Source of the DNA: Gammaproteobacteria bacterium
Lineage (GTDB): Bacteria; Pseudomonadota; Gammaproteobacteria; GCA-001735895
DNA length: 58,386 nt
Direction: 5' to 3'
NCBI GenBank assembly: GCA_050298595.1
Contig: JBNKUM010000047.1
Span: 1 to 58,386 of the forward strand
The notes beneath the pieces were generated by a model. The model did not search any database, was not told the origin of the DNA, and worked only from the letters and a program-made list of their open reading frames with translations. Below are positions 8,225-18,979 of this stretch, piece by piece; positions within the stretch are counted from its first letter, which is position 1, and each line of letters begins with the position of its first letter. The position numbers and the translations under genes are program-made.

Positions 8225-10837
8225 TTAGTAATTCTCGATCTTAACCTTCAGCCAGGAACCTTTTTCCTTTCGAATAGCCAGACTGAGCTTTGTCCAGCTC
8301 GCGCTAGTAGTAACTGTGCGACCATTTTTATCAATCAGATCAGATATCTGAAACCTGGCCGCTGCCAGCCCATCAGTCCTGTTAATAGTGAAAGATTGTG
8401 CAACCAGTTTTAAATCCAGGGACTGATAAAGATTAAACAGGCTGGTATACAGGTTCTCCTGATCCCTGGTTAATTTTGCCACCTGTTTTAACTGTCGGAT
8501 ATTTCGATTTTTAAAATACTGTACAAACTTGCCTACAATATCCTCAACAACTACTGCATCATCCCGTTGTTGATTGACACCAACCGGCAGGTCGAGGGGT
8601 TTTGCAGGTGTAGATTTTAATTTTCTCAGATCAGCTTCCAGGTCACGAATACCTGCATAGCTGGGAAAATGTTCTTGCAAAATATTTAAATTATATTCTG
8701 CAGTTTTAGTTTTTTTTGCCTGGACAGCATTGCGTGCGACTCTCGCATATCTGTCAGCTATATTTTTCAGGCGTAATTTTGCATGTTCGTTATCTGGAGA
8801 TTGGGCCAGGATTTCTCTGTACAGACTAACTGCGCTACCATCACTCGGCGTGGTATAGCGTTGCTGATTATAGGCTCTGTCTGCATCGGCAATAAGTTGA
8901 TTTAGACGGCTGTTTTTTAACAGCCCTTTTTTGATCTCTGCCAGATCCGGGCTGCCTGGATTAATCTGCTCCAGTATCAACACGAGCTTGTTCGCCAGGG
9001 TATATTGCTCACTACCCAATGCTTTTCGAGCATCCTTCAAAACCGTATCAGAGATTTGATTCAAACTCCGCCTGGCTGTAACGTTATCCGGGTCGAAACT
9101 CAACACAGAACGATAGATTTCCAGGGCGCTGTTTTCTAATGGGGCATAAATATGCCCAGTACTCATTGCCTGATGCGCCCGATCTAGCAGCGTTTCTAAT
9201 TGCTTATTTTTCTTCGCAACCTGGACGGCCCCCAGGAGCGCTTTCTGCAGGCTATTCAGCCCCGGAAAGGCAGGGTCTACCAATGCCACCGCTTCCAGCC
9301 TGATACCGGCCTGTTCAAAATTATTTGATTTGATTAATTTATCCGCTTCCCCAAGCAAACTCTCTGCAATTTTTTTCAATCTGATATTTGCATCTTTATT
9401 CTGCTTATCCATCGAGCGGATCTGAAGGTAGCGATCTAGCGCATGATCCTTTTGCGCATTAAAGTAATTGCCAGCAAGATAAAATTGATCGGCCTGCGCC
9501 AATAGCTTACTGATCTTCTGCTGCCGCTTATCCTGAGATGTAGCTGTAACTGCTGGATTAACGCCAGTTGTATCTGTTGTGGTTTTTTTACTGGCTCCTG
9601 GCCAGAATACAACCGCAACGGTTAGAATAATAATCACGCCGGTTACAGCCGCCAGGATTGCTCCCCTTTTTTTTACCCCACTTACTCTGGGTCTATCAGA
9701 AACCGGTTTATCAGGAACTGATACAACGGTAGTCTGCTGCGAATAGGCAGTGTCTAAGGTGGGCGGTATCGACTCTTCACCAGATCTTTGCTGTTCCTGT
9801 TTCTGGCTACTTTTACTCCCCCCTTTAAATACTTTCTTAAGTGGGCGAATGACAGTTTTGTCAAAGTTAATTGGCCGGACTGGTTCTGGCCTGGGTGGTA
9901 AATCCTCCAGCTCGATCTCACCCTTGAGCATGCCCATTAACAGCTCCAGTGACTGGGGCCTGTCATGAACCTGTATCATCAGGCCCTGATCTATGCCTCT
10001 GAGAAATGCATGCTGGTATCCCACAATACTGGTCAGGGACAGTGGAATACAGGGGTCAACCTCATCATGTAATAGCGCCATACCTCGCATTGAAGACTCA
10101 ACAGGCTTGAACCCCTTAACACCCTGATACAGGCATGCGCATATGGAATAGATATCGGTCCAGGGTCCCTGTTTTCCGGAGCCTTCGTTATACTGTTCAA
10201 AGGGTGCATAACCGACTGTTAACATTGCGGTCAGAGCATGGGTTTGCGAACCTAACGCGTGGCGGGCAGCACCAAAATCGAGCAATACCGGTGAACCGTC
10301 ATCACGGATGTAGATATTAGCGGGTTTAATATCTCGGTGGATAAAGCCCTGCTTGTGCACTGCCGCCAGACCATCGATGATAGGATAATAAATATCTTCC
10401 AGTTCCTTTTGGGGAAGTACTACTTTTTCCTTGTATACCTCGTTCAGTGGGCGGCCATGCTCGTATTCCATGACCATATAACCGGTATTGTTATGCTTGA
10501 AGACACTTTGTACACGGACGATGTTCGGATGCCTGAATTTGGCCAGGGTTTGCGCCTCGCTCATAAAACGGTCCAGGCCCCAGCTGAACATATCCTCCTC
10601 TTTTTTGGAGACAGGCTGAACCGTACTGTCACCACTACGTGTGGCAAAGTCGCGCGGCAGGTATTCCTTGATAGCAACTAACTGATTCAGGTTGGTATCA
10701 GTAGCGAGATAGGTAATGCCAAAGCCACCGCGTCCGAGTACAGAATCTATCCTGTACCACAGAATTTCAAATCCGCTTTCGAGGTCGCTGGCTAGAGCAT
10801 TCAAAGTTTTTTGATCACTGTCTTTCATGCTGTGCAC
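8225..10837 (-). CDS. Hanks-type Ser/Thr protein kinase, single TM, periplasmic TPR-like repeats
   Basis: LGRGGFG, VAIKE, HRDIKPAN, DFG and GYAPFEQ motifs; TM AILAAVTGVIIILTVAVVFW; repeated Y..P...A...Y...L...PDN..A helical units. Confidence 0.93.
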   Translation of the reverse strand: MHSMKDSDQKTLNALASDLESGFEILWYRIDSVLGRGGFGITYLATDTNLNQLVAIKEYLPRDFATRSGDSTVQPVSKKEEDMFSWGLDRFMSEAQTLAKFRHPNIVRVQSVFKHNNTGYMVMEYEHGRPLNEVYKEKVVLPQKELEDIYYPIIDGLAAVHKQGFIHRDIKPANIYIRDDGSPVLLDFGAARHALGSQTHALTAMLTVGYAPFEQYNEGSGKQGPWTDIYSICACLYQGVKGFKPVESSMRGMALLHDEVDPCIPLSLTSIVGYQHAFLRGIDQGLMIQVHDRPQSLELLMGMLKGEIELEDLPPRPEPVRPINFDKTVIRPLKKVFKGGSKSSQKQEQQRSGEESIPPTLDTAYSQQTTVVSVPDKPVSDRPRVSGVKKRGAILAAVTGVIIILTVAVVFWPGASKKTTTDTTGVNPAVTATSQDKRQQKISKLLAQADQFYLAGNYFNAQKDHALDRYLQIRSMDKQNKDANIRLKKIAESLLGEADKLIKSNNFEQAGIRLEAVALVDPAFPGLNSLQKALLGAVQVAKKNKQLETLLDRAHQAMSTGHIYAPLENSALEIYRSVLSFDPDNVTARRSLNQISDTVLKDARKALGSEQYTLANKLVLILEQINPGSPDLAEIKKGLLKNSRLNQLIADADRAYNQQRYTTPSDGSAVSLYREILAQSPDNEHAKLRLKNIADRYARVARNAVQAKKTKTAEYNLNILQEHFPSYAGIRDLEADLRKLKSTPAKPLDLPVGVNQQRDDAVVVEDIVGKFVQYFKNRNIRQLKQVAKLTRDQENLYTSLFNLYQSLDLKLVAQSFTINRTDGLAAARFQISDLIDKNGRTVTTSASWTKLSLAIRKEKGSWLKVKIENY

Positions 10838-10876
10838 AGCTGTTGAAGCAGAGATTCAACAGCTGTATCAACAGGA

Positions 10877-13800
10877 TTAAAATAAAATCTTGGCCCATGG
10901 AAAACGCACAGCAGGGTCGCCTGTTGGCTCCGGTTGCGTCCAGGCGCCCAGATAACCATCTGCAGTACCTTTCAGATTCAGCTCAAACGCGCTGTTACTG
11001 TCATCCTCGTCCAGTAACGACTCTCCACCCCAGCCCGGAGTGGCCGGGTTGTAACGGTTTGACACAATATCGAACAGGCCAGTGCCATCATCCTGCTGCC
11101 AGGCGGCCAGGTAGCCATCACCATTGCTGGCGATCTGGATATTATTGACGCTTTCAGCGCCTGTTTCCAGGGCTGCCGCCACAGACCAGTCTGTACCATC
11201 AAACAGACTCGCATAGGCATCGTAAGCGGTACCGTTATATCGTCGCCAGACCAATGCATAACCACTGCCATTGCTGCTTAACACGTTATAGTAATAAGAA
11301 TCGAGAACACCATTCCCCGCAGCACCATCATCCAGAGAGGTGGGTGCCACCCAGGTCGTGCCATCATAGGTGGTCACCATGATTTCATAAGCACTACCAT
11401 TGTATTCCTGCCATGCAGCCGCATACTGATTTCCGCTTGAGTGAACTGCGGCGGGGTATGAGTAAACCTGATGGCCGGCCGTACCACTATCCAGCGCGCT
11501 TGTAGGAGACCAGCTTCCTCCAGTAGTGTAAAAGCTGGCGTAGCTACGGTATTGCGTCCCATCTTTTTGACTCCACACAGCCAGATAATCCGTTCCATTG
11601 GTTGTTAAGCGTCTTGGATATCCATAAAAACTATTGCCCGAGTTCTCAAGCAATTGCGCGGTTCCCCAATTACTACCATCAAATTCATTGCTATAGACTC
11701 TGTGAGCAGTTCCATCATACTGGTTCCACATGGCGAGATATTCCGTGCCATTCGTTTCAATAATAGGACTGTAAGCTGACTGATTAATCGAAGCATCGTC
11801 AAGAACCTGAGGACTGCCCCAACTGGAGCCATCAAATTGCACGGCATAGATATTGTCATAATCACTGCCATCGTACTGCCGATAGACCAGCATGTAGTCG
11901 GTTCCATTTGAAACTAGTGATTTTTCCTCACCACTTGCATTACTAAATAAATATGCTGAACCGTTGATACTGCTATCATCCACCTCCTGCTTGGTCGACC
12001 AGCCAGAACCGTCAAAAACACTGGCATATATAGAGTTATAGGTTCCATCATACTCCAACCAGACTACAACAAACCCATCGCCATCTGTAGCGGCATCCAT
12101 ATAGCTCGATGACACGCTGCCAGTAGTTAGCACCTCAGGAGCAGTCCCCCAACTACCATTCTCATGGATATTGGCGTAGAGGTTGTAATTACTACCGGAA
12201 TACTGGCGCCAGATGGCCAGGGTACGGCCATTGCCATTGCTTGTCAGTCTTGGGGAATAACTGCTGCCACCAAAAGCCGTAGTGGTCAATGCCGTCTGGG
12301 TCGACCAACTGCTGTCATCGTATACATTGGTAAAAACCCCGGCACCGGTCTCACTCCAGGTTACGACGATTTCATTAACATTCGGGTTGAGTTCGATCTC
12401 AGGAATACTGGTGGAGCTGGTAGCGCTATCGAGCTGTTCCACAGTAGGTGACCAGCCATTATCGTAAACATTTGCATATATGTGGTTAAGGCTGCTTACC
12501 TGCTGTATCCAGCTAGCGACATATTTTGAGCCTATTGAATCGAGCTTGAAATAGCCTGAGTAAATCGGAGTACTGCCTGCTTCTATGGCGGCACCTCCGC
12601 TCCAGCTAGTGCCATTGTAGACGCTTGAAAACAGGTCGTAAGTAGAGGAACCATCATACTGCGACCAAAGTGAGGCGTAGCCACTACCGTTTGAGCTAAT
12701 TATGGGGCTTCCGCTTACTGATCCAGCTGCGGATTCGAGTGCAGCAGCTGTGCCCCAAGTGTTATCGCCAGCCGCATTGATAACAGCAAAAACATCGTAG
12801 ACTGTACCGTTATAACGACGAAAAGTCACTGCATAACCGGTACCATTCGATGATATGGAGTTCTCAGCACCCATATATGCTGAATTGGTACTGCCATCGA
12901 TATCAGTGCGAGCACTCCAACTATAACCACTCGAATTGTAGTATGTACGATTGTATACGTTATAACGGGCGCCATCATATTTATACCAGATCACCGAATA
13001 CCCGTCGCCATTAGATACAATCTGATGACCGCCCGCAGAATAAATAGTGGCAGTATCCAACAGTGCCGCAGTGCCGAAGCTCCATGATCCAGTGTACACA
13101 TTGACACCTAGTCGCTGCGGTGAGTCCTGTATCCAGATTACGGCATAATCATTTCCATTAGAGGCAATGCGTGGTGAATAGGCATTAGAGGAAGAATTAT
13201 CGATCACCACGGCGGCACCCCAGGTACTAGAGATACTAGGGTCTGCGCATATTCTTGCATAGATCCTGCTCTGACTGGAGCTATTTTCCTGCTGATACCA
13301 GGTGACCGCATATCCAGTACCGTTGGTGGCCAGCTTTGGCTCATAAACCGATGCATCCTGAGTATCAATAGCTGCCGCTGTTGACCAACTGCTACCATCG
13401 TAAAAGCTGGCCATTAACTGATACGCCGTGCCATCGTATGCTGTCCACACCAGGGCAAATCCGCTGCCGTTACTGACCAGTTGCGGGTTCATCGAAGCAT
13501 TATTGGATATAGAGTCGAGCACTGCTTCGCTAGACCAATCTGTGCCATCATAAAAAGAATACACCAGCGAGCGGCCTATGTTGCTGACCTCCCACACTGC
13601 CATACCTTCTCCTGCCGCGTTATATTCCAGTATCGGTGTTGTCGTTGCGCCCGATGTTTGCACACTACTGATTTGCTGCACAGGAGGCTCCTGGATGGTA
13701 AAGCTCCAGCTCTCCGTTGCAGCCAGAGCCAGACTGGCGGTATTTTGAGCACCAGTTGAAACTGAGGCCGTATAAACCTCATAGGCTCGCAGCACCTGGC

Positions 13801-14461
13801 TGGGAGTAAAACTCGCGGTATTCGTAGTAGTGTTCAGGGTCACCGTACCTGTGACTGCGCCAACATTATTACCACTAAGCGTGAAACTGCTTTGTAAGGT
13901 ACTGAGTATCATAGGGTCATCAAAGGTGATGTCGATAGTGGTAGTGGCCGCGATATCGGTAGCACCATCTGCTGGCGTAGTGGCTGTGACTTCAGGCGCA
14001 GTGGTACCACTTTGCATTTCTGACAGATTGCTTATGCCATCACTATCATCATCATATGCAGTGAAATCAAAATCGCTATCGGTATAATTAAGCGGTGTAC
14101 TTGAGGAAGCGGTAACGGTTACAGACTTGGTGGTACTTTCGGCAAGCGTGACGGGATTGCTGGGGTCAGAAGTAAGCACATATTCAAGGATAATCTTGAC
14201 ACTGTGACTGCCCTCGGTCAGTGTCAGACTTAAAGTGGCTGATGACCCGCTAATCGTCATCTCACTTCTTGTCCCACCATCGACCTGTACATAGGCATGA
14301 ACGGCACCGTTATCCTGCAATCTTAACTGGACGATTTCATCCGGTAATTGAATAGCTGCCGCAGGAGTAGTGTCAGACGAAGGATTAGGTCCACAACCAG
14401 AAACTAATAATGCTAATAGGATAATTGCCCATTCGCCGGTCCTGTTAATTATTGACGACAT
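10877..14461 (-). CDS. Large lipoprotein: Ca-binding DxDxDG motif, Big_5 Ig-like domain, many ~48-aa beta-propeller-like repeats
   Basis: Lipobox LVSGC; DDDSDGISNLSE; PEVTATTPADGATDIA...FDDPM; repeats of SNGxGYAVxWxQxDG...YASxYDGxxW. Confidence 0.85.
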   Translation of the reverse strand: MSSIINRTGEWAIILLALLVSGCGPNPSSDTTPAAAIQLPDEIVQLRLQDNGAVHAYVQVDGGTRSEMTISGSSATLSLTLTEGSHSVKIILEYVLTSDPSNPVTLAESTTKSVTVTASSSTPLNYTDSDFDFTAYDDDSDGISNLSEMQSGTTAPEVTATTPADGATDIAATTTIDITFDDPMILSTLQSSFTLSGNNVGAVTGTVTLNTTTNTASFTPSQVLRAYEVYTASVSTGAQNTASLALAATESWSFTIQEPPVQQISSVQTSGATTTPILEYNAAGEGMAVWEVSNIGRSLVYSFYDGTDWSSEAVLDSISNNASMNPQLVSNGSGFALVWTAYDGTAYQLMASFYDGSSWSTAAAIDTQDASVYEPKLATNGTGYAVTWYQQENSSSQSRIYARICADPSISSTWGAAVVIDNSSSNAYSPRIASNGNDYAVIWIQDSPQRLGVNVYTGSWSFGTAALLDTATIYSAGGHQIVSNGDGYSVIWYKYDGARYNVYNRTYYNSSGYSWSARTDIDGSTNSAYMGAENSISSNGTGYAVTFRRYNGTVYDVFAVINAAGDNTWGTAAALESAAGSVSGSPIISSNGSGYASLWSQYDGSSTYDLFSSVYNGTSWSGGAAIEAGSTPIYSGYFKLDSIGSKYVASWIQQVSSLNHIYANVYDNGWSPTVEQLDSATSSTSIPEIELNPNVNEIVVTWSETGAGVFTNVYDDSSWSTQTALTTTAFGGSSYSPRLTSNGNGRTLAIWRQYSGSNYNLYANIHENGSWGTAPEVLTTGSVSSSYMDAATDGDGFVVVWLEYDGTYNSIYASVFDGSGWSTKQEVDDSSINGSAYLFSNASGEEKSLVSNGTDYMLVYRQYDGSDYDNIYAVQFDGSSWGSPQVLDDASINQSAYSPIIETNGTEYLAMWNQYDGTAHRVYSNEFDGSNWGTAQLLENSGNSFYGYPRRLTTNGTDYLAVWSQKDGTQYRSYASFYTTGGSWSPTSALDSGTAGHQVYSYPAAVHSSGNQYAAAWQEYNGSAYEIMVTTYDGTTWVAPTSLDDGAAGNGVLDSYYYNVLSSNGSGYALVWRRYNGTAYDAYASLFDGTDWSVAAALETGAESVNNIQIASNGDGYLAAWQQDDGTGLFDIVSNRYNPATPGWGGESLLDEDDSNSAFELNLKGTADGYLGAWTQPEPTGDPAVRFPWAKILF

Positions 14462-14668
14462 TTTCTTCTGCTCCGTTAATGTTAATGTTAACTATGGAAC
14501 CTGAATAATTAATGCTTTCAGTAATTCATGACTCGTATAACTTCTGAGTTTATAGTAATAAATAGGTATACACATGATCTAATGGGCCACATTGGCTTGC
14601 AGCGGCACCATTAACTCTCATTACAAATAACAATACTCTCAGGCATTAAACTTGTAAAGGTAGATACC

Positions 14669-17260
14669 TTGAACCACCACTCATATTTAACCCTAAGGCC
14701 TACTGACTTGACCTACATCCACCTCCCCGTAGAAGAAATCCTTGATTTGCTAAAGCAAAGCCTTTCAGAATCTAATGAAGTAGTGCTTGAAGCACCACCC
14801 GGAGCAGGTAAAACCACTCTGGTTCCACTGGCATTGATGGATGAGCCCTGGCTTGCTGGGCGAAAGATCGTGATGCTGGAACCTCGCCGTATCGCTACTA
14901 AAAGCGCGGCCTATCGGATGTCTAGCCTGATCAACGAAAAGCCTGGTCAGCGTGTGGGATACCGCATGCGACTTGACACCCAAATAGGTAAGCAAACCCA
15001 GATTGAAGTCATCACCGAAGGTATTCTGACTCGCATGTTGCAGGATGAGCCGACACTGGAAGACGTAGGGCTGGTCATCTTCGATGAGTTTCATGAACGC
15101 AATCTGGATTCTGATCTGGCACTCGCACTATGCCTTAAGGGTCAGCAATTATTTAACAGCGACTCAGGCAGTCAACGTTTAAGAATTCTGGTGATGTCAG
15201 CCACTCTGGATAGTATTGCGATTTCAAAAATGCTGAACAATGCACCTATCGTGAAAAGCGAAGGTAGAACTTACCCAGTGGATATCATCTATAGCCGATC
15301 AAGAAAAGCAGATGATAACATCGTAGAGCGCATGGTTTCCACCATCAAACAGGCTTTAGTGGATAATCCTGATAGCAGCGTGCTGGCATTTCTGCCGGGG
15401 CAGGGTGAAATCCATCGTTGTGCCGATGCGCTTTCAGACTGGTTACTGGATAGTAAAATCAGCGGCATACACCTGCGCCCCCTGTACGGCAATCTATCAA
15501 TTGATCAGCAACAGGAAGCCATCGCGCCCTTGTCAGGAAAACATGCTCACGAGCAGAAAGTGGTGCTGGCGACCAATATCGCAGAAACCAGTCTCACTAT
15601 CGAGGGTATAGATATCGTTGTCGATTCGGGTCTGGCGCGAGAGTCCCGCTTTAATCCGGCCACCGGTATGTCTGGTTTGCATACAGTGAAGATTTCAAGA
15701 GCCTCTGCTGAACAACGTGCTGGACGAGCTGGACGACTACGCGCTGGTAAATGCTACCGACTGTGGTCAGCCGAGCAGCAAAATCAGCTCGCCGCACATA
15801 GCAGCCCGGAGATCTTAAATTCCGACCTTGCCCCCTTTGCCCTGCAGCTACTGCAATGGGGAATAGATGATCCAGATGAACTCAGCTGGATGGACCCGCC
15901 ACCCAAAGGTCCGTGGCAACAGGCTATCGATTTACTGCAGTCTCTTGGCGCGCTTGAGATCAAAAACCACAGTCATGTACTCACTGCACATGGACAGTCC
16001 ATGGCAACTTTGCCGGTACACCCGAGGCTGGCTCATTTACTTATCCGTGGTGCGCAGATCGGTTGTGCTAAAAAGGCCAGCCTGCTAGCCAGCCTGTTAT
16101 CTGATCGCGATCCATTTAGCCGAGAGAATCCCGACATCAGTCATCGCATCGATATATTATCTGGCGAATCAAAATGTCCTGCACAACATCAGGGCTGGCT
16201 CAGGCGCACCCAACAACTGGCCCAGCAGCTTGAACAACAGTTACTCAAGCTCAACATCAGTAACGGGCAAGCCTATTTACTGACTCCAAAACAGATTGCG
16301 GGTTTCTTACTCGCCTGTGCTTACCCGGACCGAATTGCACGATGCAGGCATGCGGGTGGCTTCCAGCTTGCCAATGGGCGTAGCGCTAACCTGCCAGGGC
16401 AGCATTATCTGGCGAAGAGTCACTGGCTGGCCGTGGCGGAAGTAAGCAACATAGCGGGGGGTCAGGGCGATGTGATTCGCTCAGCCACAGCATTAGATGA
16501 AGCATTATTCGATGGCATCATGAGTGATTTTATCAGCACTCAAACTGTTGCAGAATGGGATAAAAAAACAGGTCGTTTTATCGCTGAGCAACAACAGAAA
16601 ATCGGCGCACTGATTTTAAATAAAAAAACTCTGGACAGGGTTCCGACACAAATCAAAACAGCAGCGTTGATCCAGATCATTCAGCAACAGGGCCTGCAAT
16701 TATTAACATGGAACAATGCTCTTCAGCAATGGTGCGCGAGGGTCAATCTATTACGCACTGTTGAAGGAAATCAACACTGGCCCGATTTAACCGCTGAGGC
16801 TCTGCTCAAAACAGTCGACGACTGGCTAGCCCCCTATCTTGACCAGGTCAACTCGTTGCAGGATTTTAAAAAGCTGGATTTAACCAGCATTTTGCAAGCC
16901 TTACTACCCTGGGATAAACAACAGAAATTGAATGAACTTGCTCCGCCACGTTTTACCGTACCTTCCGGTTCATCTATTGCCATTAACTACAATGAATCGC
17001 CTCCGGTACTGGCAGTGAAGCTTCAGGAAATGTTTGGCTGTGAACAAACACCAACCATAGCCAAAGGCAAAGTAGCATTACTAGTACATTTATTAAGCCC
17101 CGCAGGCAGGCCGCTACAAATCACTCAGGATCTCGCAGGTTTCTGGCGTAGCTCCTACCACGATGTCAAAAAAGACATGAAAGGACGCTACCCCAAACAC
17201 CCCTGGCCAGATGATCCATTAGTTGCTATCGCGACCCGGAAAACCAAAGCAAGAAGTTAG
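14669..17260 (+). CDS. hrpB: ATP-dependent RNA helicase HrpB
   Basis: GAGKTT, DEFH, SAT, QRAGRAGR and C-terminal GRYPKHPWP; start may be TTG at 14708. Confidence 0.96.
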   Translation: MNHHSYLTLRPTDLTYIHLPVEEILDLLKQSLSESNEVVLEAPPGAGKTTLVPLALMDEPWLAGRKIVMLEPRRIATKSAAYRMSSLINEKPGQRVGYRMRLDTQIGKQTQIEVITEGILTRMLQDEPTLEDVGLVIFDEFHERNLDSDLALALCLKGQQLFNSDSGSQRLRILVMSATLDSIAISKMLNNAPIVKSEGRTYPVDIIYSRSRKADDNIVERMVSTIKQALVDNPDSSVLAFLPGQGEIHRCADALSDWLLDSKISGIHLRPLYGNLSIDQQQEAIAPLSGKHAHEQKVVLATNIAETSLTIEGIDIVVDSGLARESRFNPATGMSGLHTVKISRASAEQRAGRAGRLRAGKCYRLWSAEQQNQLAAHSSPEILNSDLAPFALQLLQWGIDDPDELSWMDPPPKGPWQQAIDLLQSLGALEIKNHSHVLTAHGQSMATLPVHPRLAHLLIRGAQIGCAKKASLLASLLSDRDPFSRENPDISHRIDILSGESKCPAQHQGWLRRTQQLAQQLEQQLLKLNISNGQAYLLTPKQIAGFLLACAYPDRIARCRHAGGFQLANGRSANLPGQHYLAKSHWLAVAEVSNIAGGQGDVIRSATALDEALFDGIMSDFISTQTVAEWDKKTGRFIAEQQQKIGALILNKKTLDRVPTQIKTAALIQIIQQQGLQLLTWNNALQQWCARVNLLRTVEGNQHWPDLTAEALLKTVDDWLAPYLDQVNSLQDFKKLDLTSILQALLPWDKQQKLNELAPPRFTVPSGSSIAINYNESPPVLAVKLQEMFGCEQTPTIAKGKVALLVHLLSPAGRPLQITQDLAGFWRSSYHDVKKDMKGRYPKHPWPDDPLVAIATRKTKARS

Positions 17261-17943
17261 TCTTCTTCAGTATTCACTGCAGCAAGAAAGTCATCCAGTG
17301 TACGCCCAGCCTCGTGCACAAAATACTCTCCACTTTCCAGCAGGCTGCTCATGCGGTCAACACGGAAATGTCGAAATTCATCTCTCAACTCGCACCAGGC
17401 AACTAGGGTCCAGGTTCTTCCCCAGTAAGCGAGCCCCAGAGGACGCACGTTACGTACAGACTTTTCACCATCGGCTCGCTGGTAGTGAAACTTAACCTTA
17501 CTCTGATTACGCACCGCCTGACGTAACAGATTAAGCGAATCACTAACTTCGGCTTCCGGGCCAAAAGGTGCCACCAGAATAGTTTTGCGAGACAGCTCGG
17601 GTAACAGGCGCTCCGGTAATACAGCTTCAATTCTCGCGACTGCACGTTCAGCAGCATTCGCCAGCACCGGATCACTCCACACACCCACCATGCGAACACC
17701 GAGCAAAAGCGCCTCCAACTCTTCCTCATCAAACATCAATGGAGGCAGGCGAAAGCCCTGCATCAGACGGTATCCCTGGCCTGCTTCAGCTATAATCGGG
17801 ATCCCCGATACAGATAGATCCTGAATATCTCGATAGATAGTACGTTCAGACACCTCGAGTAAATCAGCCAGAGTATGTGCAGTGCACCAGCGATCACTGC
17901 GTAACTCCTGAGTTATACGAAATAGTCGGTCAGCACGGCGCAT
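17257..17943 (-). CDS. YafY-family HTH-WYL transcriptional regulator
   Basis: MRRADRLF...LEVSERTIYRDI winged HTH; WTLVAWCELRDEFRHFRVDRM WYL domain. Confidence 0.95.
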   Translation of the reverse strand: MRRADRLFRITQELRSDRWCTAHTLADLLEVSERTIYRDIQDLSVSGIPIIAEAGQGYRLMQGFRLPPLMFDEEELEALLLGVRMVGVWSDPVLANAAERAVARIEAVLPERLLPELSRKTILVAPFGPEAEVSDSLNLLRQAVRNQSKVKFHYQRADGEKSVRNVRPLGLAYWGRTWTLVAWCELRDEFRHFRVDRMSSLLESGEYFVHEAGRTLDDFLAAVNTEED

Positions 17944-18018
17944 GAGTAGTTAAGATCTCAATTGATATCAAAAAAAGCAGTGTACACGGAAATTCTGAAA
18001 AAATAATCGCTCTGTTTT

Positions 18019-18058
18019 ACCTACTGACAGTACGTTGTCAGTAGGTTGTCAGTAAGAT
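18019..18058. promoter_or_regulatory. Putative WYL-regulator operator/promoter
   Basis: Perfect palindrome ACCTACTGACA-N6-TGTCAGTAGGT (18019-18046), an extra TGTCAGTA half-site (18047-18054) and TAAGAT (18053-18058) as a -10-like hexamer. Confidence 0.75.
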
Positions 18059-18086
18059 AGCGGCAATTACTCAAAAGGAGATCGCC

Positions 18087-18512
18087 ATGACTACAACATT
18101 TACCCCTAACCTGATGACTAAAGACGTCAACGCTTCTGTAAAATTCTATAGCGAGTATCTTGGATTCCAGATAATGATGGGGCTTCCCTTTAATACACAA
18201 ACCCCTGTTCAAACATTAACTGAGGATAATCCATTACAGTATGCTATGTTGAATAAAGATGGAGCCATGATTATGTTCCAGCATCAGCAGTCACTCGCCG
18301 AAGAATGCGAGCAATTTACCGATATGCCAGTAGCCGCCAGCGCTACTTTTTATCTGGAAGTTGAAAACCTTGACGAGCTACTGGCGGGTTTAGCCGACGA
18401 TATTGATATCGCCTTACCCGAACGCGTGACCTTTTACGGTATGCGCGAACTATGGATAAAAGACAACAATGGTTACGTCATCACTCTGGCACAAAAACAC
18501 GCTGACAAATGA
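18087..18512 (+). CDS. VOC (glyoxalase/bleomycin resistance) family protein
   Basis: PNLMTKDVNASVKFY...LGF and TFYGMRELWIKDNNGYVI; SD AAGGAG. Confidence 0.88.
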   Translation: MTTTFTPNLMTKDVNASVKFYSEYLGFQIMMGLPFNTQTPVQTLTEDNPLQYAMLNKDGAMIMFQHQQSLAEECEQFTDMPVAASATFYLEVENLDELLAGLADDIDIALPERVTFYGMRELWIKDNNGYVITLAQKHADK

Positions 18513-18979
18513 TTAATCCACTCAATAATCCACCGACCCGATACTGGGTCGGTGTCGCCTCACACAATCATGTTCTAAAAGGCGTAGCTGGCGGTTTCGC
18601 ACAGCTGTGCCACGGCAAGCAACACGCATTAAAGCGCATGAGCAAAGGCGACTGGATCATCTATTACTCGCCACAGAAAATCTTCGGAGAAAAATCGCCC
18701 TGCCAGCGATTTACAGCTATCGGCGAAGTCATCAGCGACAATGTCTATCAGGTTGAGATGGCGCCCGGCTTCACCCCCTTCCGCCGCGATATTCAATTTT
18801 TACCCAAGCAGGATTGTGCTATTCAGCCGCTGCTCAATCGACTATCCTTTATCAAGGATAAAAAGCACTGGGGTTACGTATTCCGCTTCGGTCATCTACA
18901 GATACCCGAAGCAGATTTTCAACTCATCCAACAAGCCATGACAGGTTTAAACAAAGAGGACACTAATCATGATAATTGA
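18509..18979 (+). CDS. EVE domain protein
   Basis: YWVGVAS..HV..GV.GGFAQLCHGK, GDWIIYYSP, FTAIGEV and WGYVFRFG..I.EADF motifs; ATGA overlap with the upstream gene. Confidence 0.9.
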   Translation: MINPLNNPPTRYWVGVASHNHVLKGVAGGFAQLCHGKQHALKRMSKGDWIIYYSPQKIFGEKSPCQRFTAIGEVISDNVYQVEMAPGFTPFRRDIQFLPKQDCAIQPLLNRLSFIKDKKHWGYVFRFGHLQIPEADFQLIQQAMTGLNKEDTNHDN

